This document shows, piece by piece, positions 41,898 through 51,562 of a stretch of DNA of 64,000 nt. The stretch's first letter is position 1, and each line of letters opens with the position of its first letter. Below the pieces are notes generated by a model. The model ran no database searches, was not told the origin of the DNA, and saw only the letters and a list, made by a program, of their open reading frames with translations. Source of the stretch: Patescibacteria group bacterium. GTDB taxonomy: Bacteria; Patescibacteriota; Patescibacteriia; SG8-24; DYFX01. Made by a program: the position numbers and the translations under genes. The stretch covers positions 70,111 through 134,110 of the forward strand of contig JBAZZB010000001.1 in NCBI GenBank assembly GCA_041659045.1, written 5' to 3'.

Positions 41898-42985
41898 GCC
41901 TCTACGCCATTCTTCTGGCGGGCGGTAGCGGTACGCGCCTCTGGCCAGTCTCGCGGAGAAACACGCCGAAACAACTTCAACCGATTCTTGGAACGGATAC
42001 GCTTTTGCGTTCCACTTGGAAGCGGCTTCGCGCGGGTTTGCCGGCTTCGCGTATTTTGGTTGTCACGAACGCCGCGCAGGCGGAATTGATCCGTAAGGAT
42101 CTGCCCGAGTTGCCGTCGATGAACTTGCTTGTTGAACCGATGAAGCGCGATACGGCGGCCGCGATCGGCTTTGGTACGGCTGTCGTCTTGTCGCGCGATT
42201 CGCGAGCGACGATCGCGACGATCAACTCCGACGCGTACGTCAAAAACGAAAAAGAATATTGGCGCGTGATTCGCCTGACCGAGAAAGCCGCCCGCAAGTC
42301 TGGAAAAATCGCGCTGGTCGGCGTGAGGCCGTCGTATCCCGAGACGGGGTATGGCTACATCAAAATGGGATCACAAGCGATGCGTTTCAAGCGCCATGGC
42401 GGATATGATGAGGTTTTTGATGTCGAAGGTTTTCGTGAAAAGCCCGACCTGGCGACGGCAGAGAAGTATGTTTCGCAGTGGGAGTATCTTTGGAACCCTA
42501 CGTTGATCGTCGCCGACGCAAAAACACTCATGAACGCGTTTAAGGCGCATCTTCCGAAAACATGGAAACTCTTGGAACAGATTCGCTCCGCGTCCGGCAC
42601 GGCACGTTTTGAAAAAACGCTGGTGAGGGCTTTTGAGCGCATTGTGCCAATTTCAATCGACTATGGCGTCCTCGAAAAAGAGAAAAAAATGGTCGTCGTT
42701 CCCGCCGATTTCGGCTGGGCGGACGTCGGCCATTGGCGCGCGGTGCATGATGTCCTCTCCGGTAAGCCGGAAGCCAATGTCGTGCGTGGCACGCACATCA
42801 GCCATGATTCGAGCGGTAACTTGCTGTACAGCTTCACCGGAAAATTGATCGCGACCGCAGGACTCAAGGACATGATCGTCCTTGAAACAGAAGACGTCGT
42901 GCTCGTGTGTCCGAAGAATCGCGCACAAGACGTCAAAAAAATCGTTGAGGCGCTCGAGAAGAAAAAAATGAAAAAATACCTCTGA
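41894..42985 (+). CDS. manC: mannose-1-phosphate guanylyltransferase
   Basis: LAGGSGTRLWPVSR..PKQ, ETGYGYI, EKP, SIDYGVLE, WADVG. Confidence 0.92.
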   Translation: MSLYAILLAGGSGTRLWPVSRRNTPKQLQPILGTDTLLRSTWKRLRAGLPASRILVVTNAAQAELIRKDLPELPSMNLLVEPMKRDTAAAIGFGTAVVLSRDSRATIATINSDAYVKNEKEYWRVIRLTEKAARKSGKIALVGVRPSYPETGYGYIKMGSQAMRFKRHGGYDEVFDVEGFREKPDLATAEKYVSQWEYLWNPTLIVADAKTLMNAFKAHLPKTWKLLEQIRSASGTARFEKTLVRAFERIVPISIDYGVLEKEKKMVVVPADFGWADVGHWRAVHDVLSGKPEANVVRGTHISHDSSGNLLYSFTGKLIATAGLKDMIVLETEDVVLVCPKNRAQDVKKIVEALEKKKMKKYL

Positions 42986-42986
42986 T

Positions 42987-43547
42987 ATGGAAATCAAACC
43001 TTGGAAAATTCTCGATTCAAAAACCGCGTTTAACAACCGTTTCTGGAACATCATGCAGGAGACGGTCGAGTTGCCAGATGGCAGCGTCTATTCGGAATAC
43101 TACGTGAATGACAGGCCGGGAGCCTCGCAAGTGTTTGCTCTCACTACAGAAGGCAAAGTCATCATGAATCGACAGTATAAGCACGGCTCTCGGGAAATCG
43201 TGACGGAGTTCGCGATCGGCGGCATCGAAGAGAGCGAAGAACCGCTTGCGGCCGCGCAGCGCGAGTTGATGGAAGAGACGGGGTACGGAGCAGGCGACTG
43301 GGAACCCCTCGGCGCTCACGCGGCCAACGCCTCTTTTTCGCGCTCGGTCTTCCATGCGTTTCTTGCGCGTAACGTTCAAAAGTTTGAGGAGCCGTCTTCT
43401 AATCCGCGCGAACTCATTGATACGTTCTTGGTGGATCCGAAAGAGCTGCCGGGCATGATTGTGCGCGGAGAGATAACGTCGCTCGCCTCGATCTCGTTGG
43501 CGTTTCTCGCGCTGTCAAAACTCGGACTCCTTGAAGTAAAAGCATGA
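42987..43547 (+). CDS. NUDIX hydrolase (ADP-ribose pyrophosphatase-like)
   Basis: Nudix box GGIEESEEPLAAAQRELMEETGY. Confidence 0.9.
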   Translation: MEIKPWKILDSKTAFNNRFWNIMQETVELPDGSVYSEYYVNDRPGASQVFALTTEGKVIMNRQYKHGSREIVTEFAIGGIEESEEPLAAAQRELMEETGYGAGDWEPLGAHAANASFSRSVFHAFLARNVQKFEEPSSNPRELIDTFLVDPKELPGMIVRGEITSLASISLAFLALSKLGLLEVKA

Positions 43548-44569
43548 AAACGTTTTTCGCCGCGATCATCGTCGTGATTGCGCTCGGCGGCGCGGTGTTT
43601 TTACGTTCTGATCGCCCCGTGTCGAAAGAAACGAAGAGTGTTGTCTATGTCGTGAATCCTGGTGACGGCGCACGCGTGATCGCGCAAGGCCTCGAAAAAG
43701 CCAAGCTGATCCGCAGCGAAAAGTATTTTCTGTTCATTGTGTGGCGGCGCGGTAACCAGGCAAAATTCGCTTCGGGCGCTTTTGAGCTGTCACCTTCGAT
43801 GACAACCGGCGAGATCGAAACAATGCTCGCGGGTGGAAAACCGATCTCAAACGAGCGTAATGTGACGGTTCTCGAAGGTTGGACGCTTGACGACGTTGCC
43901 GAGTATTTGGAAAAAGAAGGCGTCGCCTCGCAAAAAGAGTTTTACGCCGAAGTGGGGGAGAGCGCGAAATTTGCGAAAGCAGGCGAACTTCCGGATTGGG
44001 AGGCGTCGTATCCCGCGTTGAAAGGACTTCCTGAAACCTCTTCACTCGAAGGATATTTGTTTCCGGATACCTACCGCATCTACGCCGACGGCGGGGCGAA
44101 AGCCCTCGTACGCCGCATGCTCGATAATTTTGAAACGAAGTTGACGCCTGAGCTACGCAAGGAAATCGCGTCTTCGGGACGTTCGATTCGCGACATTGTC
44201 ATCATGGCTTCAGTAATTGAGCGCGAAGTGCGCGGTGCCGAGGATAGTGCGATGGTTTCCGATGTCTTTTGGAAACGCGTCGACGCGGGGAAAGGACTCG
44301 AGGCGGATTCGACCGTCAATTATATTACTGGCCACTCGAAGCCGTCCGTCAGTTGGGACGAAACGCGCATCGATCATCCGTGGAACACCTACAAATATCG
44401 CGGGTTGCCCGCTGGGCCGATCGGGAACCCCGGCATGACAGCGATTCTCGCGGCGATTCGTCCCAAGAGTAATCCGTACTGGTATTTCCTGACCGACAAA
44501 GAGGGGAAAGTCCACTATGGAAAAACGCTCGACGAGCATAACGCCAACAAAGCGAAATACCTCCGTTAA
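43544..44569 (+). CDS. mltG: endolytic transglycosylase MltG
   Basis: LEGYLFPDTY, ASVIERE, WNTYKYRGLPAGPIGNPG. Confidence 0.93.
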   Translation: MKTFFAAIIVVIALGGAVFLRSDRPVSKETKSVVYVVNPGDGARVIAQGLEKAKLIRSEKYFLFIVWRRGNQAKFASGAFELSPSMTTGEIETMLAGGKPISNERNVTVLEGWTLDDVAEYLEKEGVASQKEFYAEVGESAKFAKAGELPDWEASYPALKGLPETSSLEGYLFPDTYRIYADGGAKALVRRMLDNFETKLTPELRKEIASSGRSIRDIVIMASVIEREVRGAEDSAMVSDVFWKRVDAGKGLEADSTVNYITGHSKPSVSWDETRIDHPWNTYKYRGLPAGPIGNPGMTAILAAIRPKSNPYWYFLTDKEGKVHYGKTLDEHNANKAKYLR

Positions 44570-44570
44570 T

Positions 44571-46229
44571 ATGAAACGACTCCTTGCTGCACTCGCGCTT
44601 TCGATTGGTCTTCTTGCGCCGCAGGCACCCGCATTTGGACAAGCGGTTTGGAGTGTTGAGGAGTTTCATTCCGACGTGACGGTGCGTGAGGACGGGTCGC
44701 TCGAAGTGCGCGAAAGAATCAAGGCGGATTTTTTGACCGAACGTCACGGCATCTATCGGTACGTTCCGTATCAAGGCACGAACGATCAAGGAAAGGCCTA
44801 TCGGTTGCGCGTTGATTTGGTGAGTGTGCAGCGCGATGGTTTGGCGGAGGACGTGTCGACGTCGAAAGAAAACGGCAACATCATTTGGAAAATCGGCGAT
44901 GCAAATCGCACGATGGACGGCACGCACGTGTACGATATGACGTACCGCGTTGAAAACGCGATCGGACGCTTCGACGGATTTGATGAAATCTATTGGAACG
45001 TGACGGGTACGGGTTGGGATACATCTTTACCGGTCGTTACAGCGCGCGTATCTCTTCCGGAGGGTGTCAATGCGACGCAGAGCCGGTGCTACACGGGTGC
45101 CTACGGTTCAACTGCGGAGGATTGCACGATCAGCGAGAACGGTTCGGTTCTTGAGTTCTCTTCCATTCGTCCGAATGAATCCATGACGGTTGCTGTTGGG
45201 TTTCCGAAGGGTGTTGTAGCCGCGCCACCGCTTTGGAAGCGCGTGTTGTGGGCGATCATTCAGTACGGACCTTGGTTTCTGCCGCTTTTGGTATTCGCCT
45301 TCGCCTATCGTTATTGGAGAAAGCATGGAGACGACGCGCCGCTCGGTACGATCGTTACGCAGTACGAGCCGCCGACAGGTCTCACGCCGGCAGAAACACG
45401 GGCACTCCTCACCCAAAGCGCGCATGCGAAGGATCTTACTTCGACGATCGTTGATTTGGCTTCGCGCGGCTACCTGATCATCGAGGAAACGGAGAAGAAA
45501 GGTCTCTTACGCGCAACAAAAGAATATGCGTTTGTTTCAGCAAAAGATTTTAGAACAGACGCTTCACTGCGAGCGTTCGAGCTTCGTCTACTTGCCGGTT
45601 TATTCACGGGTGTCGTCGGTGAAAAAGTTGAACTGTCTTCGTTGAAGAATACGTTTCACACGAAGGTTCAAGCTTTTACGAAAGGGGTTGCAACCTCGCT
45701 CACGGAGCGTGGACTTTTCGTAAAAGATCCGGGTCACGTACGTGGTGTGTGGATGGGCATCGGCGGCGCCTTTGTCGTCGTCGGTTTCGCGCTTGTGGCG
45801 TTCGCTGCGCCGCTCATCGTAAGCGGCGCTATCCTCATGCTCTTCGGTTGGTTCATGCCGAAATGGTCGCCAAGCGGTCTTGAGGCCGCTCGGCACGCGA
45901 GCGGCTACAAAGAATTTATTTCCAAGGTCGAAAAATATCGCGCGCCTTGGATGGAAGATCAGAACATCTTTTTCCGCGCGCTGCCGTACGCGATCGCCTT
46001 CGGACTCGGCGCGAAGTGGGCAAAAGCCTTCGCGCATCTCCAGATGCAGCCACCGAACTGGTATCACGGCGCCAACATGGCCGCCTGGTCTACCGTTGAT
46101 TTCGAAAAAAACATGCAAAGCTGGTCCTCCTCCATGATGGCTGCCGCCATGCCATCCTCGCGCTCCGGTTCCGGCGGCGGGGGATTCTCCGGCGGCGGTT
46201 TTGGCGGAGGCGGAGGCGGCTCGTGGTAA
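44571..46229 (+). CDS. DUF2207 domain membrane protein
   Basis: Signal peptide, DGSLEVRE, EIYWNVTG, LPYAIAFG, Gly-rich GGGGGSW terminus. Confidence 0.92.
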   Translation: MKRLLAALALSIGLLAPQAPAFGQAVWSVEEFHSDVTVREDGSLEVRERIKADFLTERHGIYRYVPYQGTNDQGKAYRLRVDLVSVQRDGLAEDVSTSKENGNIIWKIGDANRTMDGTHVYDMTYRVENAIGRFDGFDEIYWNVTGTGWDTSLPVVTARVSLPEGVNATQSRCYTGAYGSTAEDCTISENGSVLEFSSIRPNESMTVAVGFPKGVVAAPPLWKRVLWAIIQYGPWFLPLLVFAFAYRYWRKHGDDAPLGTIVTQYEPPTGLTPAETRALLTQSAHAKDLTSTIVDLASRGYLIIEETEKKGLLRATKEYAFVSAKDFRTDASLRAFELRLLAGLFTGVVGEKVELSSLKNTFHTKVQAFTKGVATSLTERGLFVKDPGHVRGVWMGIGGAFVVVGFALVAFAAPLIVSGAILMLFGWFMPKWSPSGLEAARHASGYKEFISKVEKYRAPWMEDQNIFFRALPYAIAFGLGAKWAKAFAHLQMQPPNWYHGANMAAWSTVDFEKNMQSWSSSMMAAAMPSSRSGSGGGGFSGGGFGGGGGGSW

Positions 46230-46239
46230 GATACGTGCC

Positions 46240-46929
46240 ATGACAAGTGTCACTGAATTTGCGCCGCCAGAAGACCTCTTTCCGCACGAAGCGCCGTTTC
46301 TTTTGGCTGAAAAAGAGGATGATGCGTTCCAGCGTGCGATGGCGACCGCTCTTCTTGAACTCGCCGACGAGGGGCTCATGACCTATGACGCCGTGCTGAA
46401 GCGCCCCGTCGTTCGGCTGTCACCCGACAGGTCTACGCCGTTCTTTCGGAAGATCGCCGAGATCTACCCTCCCGGCAAGCAGCATTTCGTTTGGATGCTG
46501 GGTATCGAGAAACACGCTACGGCCCGCCTGCGTCAAAAAGGATGGTTGTCCAAGGGGACACAGCGTACGCCCGCGGGCGAAGAGGCGTGCCGCAAACTCC
46601 TCGGATACCGCGAATACCTTCGTAAGGCGATGATGGATCGCGTGCATTTCGATGTGATCGAAGGTCGCGTCGGAAGAGATGCACTATTTGCGGCAGGTCT
46701 CGGCGTTATCAGCGTACCGAACGTCTTCCGCGCAGCGTTCGTGCGGAGCGGTAACCCGGTTGAGGGTTCCCTCGCGAGTTTTCATAATTTTTTCGGAGGA
46801 CGTCCTGAGGTGCAGCACGCGATATCGATACAGAGTTCTCGGAAAGGGCGCGGCTGCGCCATCGCGTTCATGCTCGTGTGGGCAGCTGTCGTCGCAACGA
46901 TGATATTCGTCTTTTTCCAGCGACAATGA
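46240..46929 (+). CDS. hypothetical protein resembling the DUF2207 C-terminal half
   Basis: EFAPPEDLFPHEA, ATALLELADEG, TPAGEEA..LLGYREYL parallel motifs of the upstream gene. C-terminal TM. Confidence 0.65.
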   Translation: MTSVTEFAPPEDLFPHEAPFLLAEKEDDAFQRAMATALLELADEGLMTYDAVLKRPVVRLSPDRSTPFFRKIAEIYPPGKQHFVWMLGIEKHATARLRQKGWLSKGTQRTPAGEEACRKLLGYREYLRKAMMDRVHFDVIEGRVGRDALFAAGLGVISVPNVFRAAFVRSGNPVEGSLASFHNFFGGRPEVQHAISIQSSRKGRGCAIAFMLVWAAVVATMIFVFFQRQ

Positions 46930-48143
46930 TCACACTTTTTCTCGTCGCCTTGCTCGTCTTTCTCGTCTCCGCGCTCGCTTCGTTGGCAGAGACGGCGTTT
47001 TATTCGATTTCGTATTCGAAAGCGCTGACGATGGCGAAAGCGAAGCGTCCGGGTGCCAAAGCGCTCGTGCGCATCAAGGACGATATTTCAAGAGTGATCA
47101 GCGCGATCGTCATCATCGACAACATCGCCGATATCGTCGGTTCGGCCGCGGTCGGTGTACTCGCCTCACGTGTCTTCGCCTCTTGGACGCTCGGTATCTT
47201 TTTTGCCGCGTTTACGCTTGTTGCTATCGTTGCGGCAAAAATCATTCCGAAGAACATCGGTGAGTCGCACGCGGCAGTCGTCGCGCCGTTTCTCGCTCCC
47301 GGCACGCTCGTCGTTGTACGAGTGTTTCGTCCTATCTTGTGGTTGATCGAGCGCGTCGTCGCGCCGTTTCGTTCTTCAAAAAGCGCGCACGGCGTGAGCG
47401 AAGATGAAATCAAGATTATGGCGCAAATGGGTCACGCGGAAGGTAGTCTCGAGGCCGACGAGTCTCGCATGATCCGCCGTGTCTTTCGTCTCAATGACAT
47501 TACGGCCGACGACATGATGACGCCCGCGGTGCACGTGGAAACGATTCCCGGGTTTACGCCGCTTGGAGAACAGAGAAAGAAAATTCTGGATCTACGCCAT
47601 TCGCGCGTGCCCATACTCGGTGAAGATGGAGAGCAAGTCGTTGGCGTGACGTTGACGCGCGATTTGATTTCAGCGATCGCGCGCGATGAATTTCAAGCCA
47701 CGCCTTCCGATTTTTTACAAGAAGCACTCAGAACGCGCAACGACACGCCGGCCGACGATCTTCTGCCGCTCTTCCAGCAGCGCGAGCAGCATTTAGCGAT
47801 TGTCGAAGACACGGAAGGTCGCATGGTTGGTGTCGTCACGCTTGAAGACGTGCTCGAAGAATTGGTCGGTGAAATTACCGACGAAAAGGACGTGCGTCCG
47901 GAAACCATCAAGCGTGTTTCGAAAACGGAGATTTTAGCCGACGAAGGTACGGATATCGCGAAGATCAACCACTTTTTCAATACTGCGATCGAGTTCAACG
48001 GCACACTTGGCGACTATCTGATGGAAAAGTTTGGCCGCCTGCCGCGCGTCGGAGACTCCCTTGACGAAAGCGCCCTAACCTTCGTAATCTCTTCGATGTC
48101 ACGCACGCGACCAAAACACGTTTCCGTCCGCAAGCGCGGATAG
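46926..48143 (+). CDS. CNNM/hemolysin family protein (DUF21 + CBS + CorC)
   Basis: SLAETA, IIPKNI, HSRVP, GVVTLEDVLEELVGEITDE. Confidence 0.92.
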   Translation: MITLFLVALLVFLVSALASLAETAFYSISYSKALTMAKAKRPGAKALVRIKDDISRVISAIVIIDNIADIVGSAAVGVLASRVFASWTLGIFFAAFTLVAIVAAKIIPKNIGESHAAVVAPFLAPGTLVVVRVFRPILWLIERVVAPFRSSKSAHGVSEDEIKIMAQMGHAEGSLEADESRMIRRVFRLNDITADDMMTPAVHVETIPGFTPLGEQRKKILDLRHSRVPILGEDGEQVVGVTLTRDLISAIARDEFQATPSDFLQEALRTRNDTPADDLLPLFQQREQHLAIVEDTEGRMVGVVTLEDVLEELVGEITDEKDVRPETIKRVSKTEILADEGTDIAKINHFFNTAIEFNGTLGDYLMEKFGRLPRVGDSLDESALTFVISSMSRTRPKHVSVRKRG

Positions 48144-48159
48144 ACAGAAGGAGCATCGG

Positions 48160-48450
48160 ATGTCAGACAAAAAGCTCGATCCTGGAGAGTGGTTCCGCTT
48201 CCTCTTGGAGGAAAAAGAACCCGCCGATGACCCGGATCACTTCGCAGAGCTGGTCGAGGCGTACAGACGTGTGCACACAAGTAGTTCCTTGGTCACGAAG
48301 GTGCTTGGCAACGTCGGCGTGTCCGGAAACTTCCACGATCTACGCCAACTTGTTGATCGTTGGGCAGATGGAGCGGTTATGCCGACTCCGGGGCTGCGTC
48401 GCAAGATCGTTGCGGAGCTGCGGAATCAATTCTCGGCCAAGGGAGGATAG
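48160..48450 (+). CDS. small hypothetical protein, XRE-HTH-like tail
   Basis: AAGGAG RBS. LVDRWADGAVMP..LRRKI. Confidence 0.65.
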   Translation: MSDKKLDPGEWFRFLLEEKEPADDPDHFAELVEAYRRVHTSSSLVTKVLGNVGVSGNFHDLRQLVDRWADGAVMPTPGLRRKIVAELRNQFSAKGG

Positions 48451-48452
48451 CA

Positions 48453-48737
48453 ATGGATGACTCCGTTCGCCGCGCGATGAAAGAGAAGTTGCTCGAAGAC
48501 GCGCGCGCTTGGAACACGGACAGTAGCGACCGCAGTTTCATGGACATTCTGCGGAACGCTATCGACCTTGATCCGAGCTATGTCGACAAGTTCGACGGCT
48601 CTCTCGGCATTGATAGCGATGAGCTGCGTGAATGGTGTGCCGGACGCTCGCTGCCCGAGACGTTCTCGCGCTGGGTGATCATAGATGATTTGAAGAAACT
48701 GCTCGAAGCCGATCTCAGCCAAACGACAGAGGCGTAA
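48453..48737 (+). CDS. small hypothetical protein, XRE-HTH-like tail
   Basis: GGAGG RBS. LGIDSDELREWCAGRSLP. Confidence 0.65.
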   Translation: MDDSVRRAMKEKLLEDARAWNTDSSDRSFMDILRNAIDLDPSYVDKFDGSLGIDSDELREWCAGRSLPETFSRWVIIDDLKKLLEADLSQTTEA

Positions 48738-48827
48738 CCTCTGTTTTTTCTTATCACAAGGCGCCGTTGACGGTCGTTGTATTTCGCGGTACACCTGTTC
48801 GCGTCACGAACGTTCATTGGAGGATAC

Positions 48828-49382
48828 ATGGTGGAAACGCTGATCAAGATGTTCGAGCAGGCGCATACTGCGCTTCGCGAGCAGTCGTGCGAGAATCATC
48901 ACGCCGACCACTCGGAATTCAGCAACGCGGGTTGGTTGGATGTCGGCCTCTCTGCGCTCGTGCTTGAGCTGCTGTTCCGTTACGTCGCGCTCGATCTGCA
49001 CAAGGCGGAAGTCTATCGTGCAGAGCGTCGAGAGGCACTGTCGAGAGCATATGAGCGCGACATGTCGTTTTACGACGCGGACGTGAAGAACTTCGTTGTT
49101 CCAGCCGTGCGGATACATGGCGAATTGTTCGTTCGTGAAGTCTGGGACGTGCTGAGAGATCGCTTGCCCAAACGCCGAATCCTGCGCGATACCGTTCGCG
49201 CCGTTCGTGAAAGCGGTTTACCGGACGATATCTGGCTCTATCTCGAACCGCAGATCGACCGGTATGCGCCACTGTTCGGGTTGAAACTGACCGGGCTTGT
49301 CGGTGGTGCGAAAAAGTTCGGCATGAAGAAGATCATTCAACGCGTGGCTCATGCTCCTGCTCAGGATGATGGCGATGAATGA
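48828..49382 (+). CDS. hypothetical protein
   Basis: 184 aa, GGAGG RBS, TTGACG at 48767, downstream terminator. Confidence 0.7.
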   Translation: MVETLIKMFEQAHTALREQSCENHHADHSEFSNAGWLDVGLSALVLELLFRYVALDLHKAEVYRAERREALSRAYERDMSFYDADVKNFVVPAVRIHGELFVREVWDVLRDRLPKRRILRDTVRAVRESGLPDDIWLYLEPQIDRYAPLFGLKLTGLVGGAKKFGMKKIIQRVAHAPAQDDGDE

Positions 49383-49463
49383 GCCTGCTACCTCGACAAC
49401 GGCCGCTCCTCCTGAGCGGCTTTTTATTTGCCTTGTTCGCCGTTCGGAGGCTAGACTGTCGCC

Positions 49464-51539
49464 ATGAAAACCTACGTCCTCAAGAAAAATGGCGAGGCCC
49501 CCGGTTTCCGCATTGATTACGCGGCGGAGCTCAACGAAGAGCAGCTCGCCGTCGTGATGAACGGTGACGGGCCATGCTTGGTGCTGGCGGGTGCCGGTTC
49601 CGGAAAAACGCGCACGATCGTTTATCGCGTGGCGTATCTTTTGGAAAAGGGGGTCCAGCCGGAGCATATTTTGCTTCTGACTTTCACCAACAAAGCCGCA
49701 CGTGAAATGCGTGAGCGCGTCGCGTCTTTGATTGGCACCGAACCTGGGCGCTTGTGGGGAGGCACGTTCCACCATGTTTGCCACCGTATCTTGAGGGAGC
49801 GGGGGAATCGCGTCGGACTTCGCGAGGGTTTCACAATTCTCGATTCCGAGGACGCGAAGGATCTGATGAAAACCTGCGTGCGAGAACTTGGTGTCGATAC
49901 GAAAGCGAAGCGTTTTCCGTCGCCGGCGGTGCTCTTGAGTCTCGCGTCTTTTTCGTTCAACGCGGGTTTGTCGCTGATCGAAACGATTGAAGCCAAGCAC
50001 CCGGCGTTTCGCGATCATGCTTCGTCTATTGAGGACGTTGTCGCGAGATACATGGCGAAGAAGCGCGCTTCAAACACCGTCGACTTTGATGATCTCTTGC
50101 TCCTGACCGCCAAGCTCTTGCGCGAGGATGAAGACTCCAGGCGCCGCTACGCCGAGCAATTCCGATATATTCTTGTCGACGAGTATCAAGATACAAACCG
50201 CGTTCAAGCGGAAATTGTTTGTCGTCTCGCCACTGCGCACGGCAACGTGGTCGTGGTTGGAGACGACGCGCAGTCGATCTACTCGTTCCGCGGCGCGGAC
50301 ATTCGTAATATCTTGGCGTTTCCAAAATTGTTCCCGAACGCGAAAACGTTCCGACTCGAAACCAACTATCGTTCGACGCCGGAAATTCTAAGTCTCGCCA
50401 ACGACGTCATTTCGAAAAATACCGAGCAGTTTCCCAAGGAACTAAAAAGCATGAAAGCGTCGTTCGCCAAGCCATCGGTGGTGAACGCGGTTTCCGGAGC
50501 GCAGGAAGCGGAATTCGTCGCTCAGCGCATCAGTGAACTGCACGACGAAGGTACGCCCTACGACGAGATCTCTGTGCTCTTCCGCGCGACATTCCATTCG
50601 CAAGCGCTTGAATTCGAACTCATGAAACGCGGTATTCCGTACGACTACCGCGGCGGCATGAAATTTTTTGACCGCGCGCATATTAAGGACGCGCTCGCGT
50701 TTTTGCGCATTGCCACCAACAAAGACGATGAAGTCGCTTGGATGCGCGTTCTGTCGCTCCAGGTCGGCATCGGTCCGGCGACGGCTGTTCGATTGTTCGA
50801 GCGCGTCCGCTCGCTCTCGACGCTTGATGATGTTGCTGACGATGCCGCATCCGGTCTTCCGGCGCGCGCGGCTGCAGGCTGGAAAGCCTTCTTGAAAATG
50901 TTTGGCGACGTACTCGACGCGCGTCCGTCTCCTTCGAATTTGCTGCGGACCGTGGCAGATTCGGAGTACAAGATCTATTTGGAAAACGAATATCCCGACT
51001 ACCGTGATCGGCTTGAAGATCTCGAACAGATTGCGGGTTTCGCCGAGCAGTATCCCGACGTCGAATCGTTTTTGGCCGACGCGGCGCTTCGTGATGATAT
51101 CGCCGCTGCCGGCAAGAACGCGCGTATTCTCAAGCCGACGGATACGGAAGACGGCAAGGTTGTGCTTTCGACCATTCATCAAGCCAAAGGGCTCGAATGG
51201 GACGCGGTCTTCGTTATTCATATGACGCAAGGCGCTTTTCCAAACAAGCGTGCCCTCGTCGAAGGTGACGCGGGTTCGGGTCTGGAAGAGGAGCGTCGTT
51301 TATTCTACGTAGCCGTCACGCGCGCCCGCCGCGACCTATGGCTCACGTACCCGCTTTCGGTCGGATACGGCGATTTTTCTTTCGAGCCGAAGTCGGAATT
51401 CTTGCAAGAGATTTCGCCGCGCTTGGTTGAAGAGGTGCGTATTGAAGAATCCTACGAAGACCTGCCGACGATCTCCTACGACGAAAACGGAGATCCGATC
51501 CAGCGAAAGGGTTTGTTAAAAAATATCGACGAGTATTGA
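49464..51539 (+). CDS. pcrA: UvrD/PcrA family ATP-dependent helicase
   Basis: LAGAGSGKT, TFTNKAA, VDEYQD, VGDDAQSIY, NYRST, TIHQAKGLEW, EERRLFYVAVTRA. Confidence 0.93.
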   Translation: MKTYVLKKNGEAPGFRIDYAAELNEEQLAVVMNGDGPCLVLAGAGSGKTRTIVYRVAYLLEKGVQPEHILLLTFTNKAAREMRERVASLIGTEPGRLWGGTFHHVCHRILRERGNRVGLREGFTILDSEDAKDLMKTCVRELGVDTKAKRFPSPAVLLSLASFSFNAGLSLIETIEAKHPAFRDHASSIEDVVARYMAKKRASNTVDFDDLLLLTAKLLREDEDSRRRYAEQFRYILVDEYQDTNRVQAEIVCRLATAHGNVVVVGDDAQSIYSFRGADIRNILAFPKLFPNAKTFRLETNYRSTPEILSLANDVISKNTEQFPKELKSMKASFAKPSVVNAVSGAQEAEFVAQRISELHDEGTPYDEISVLFRATFHSQALEFELMKRGIPYDYRGGMKFFDRAHIKDALAFLRIATNKDDEVAWMRVLSLQVGIGPATAVRLFERVRSLSTLDDVADDAASGLPARAAAGWKAFLKMFGDVLDARPSPSNLLRTVADSEYKIYLENEYPDYRDRLEDLEQIAGFAEQYPDVESFLADAALRDDIAAAGKNARILKPTDTEDGKVVLSTIHQAKGLEWDAVFVIHMTQGAFPNKRALVEGDAGSGLEEERRLFYVAVTRARRDLWLTYPLSVGYGDFSFEPKSEFLQEISPRLVEEVRIEESYEDLPTISYDENGDPIQRKGLLKNIDEY

Positions 51540-51562
51540 TCGGAAATAAAAGAGCCTCGACC

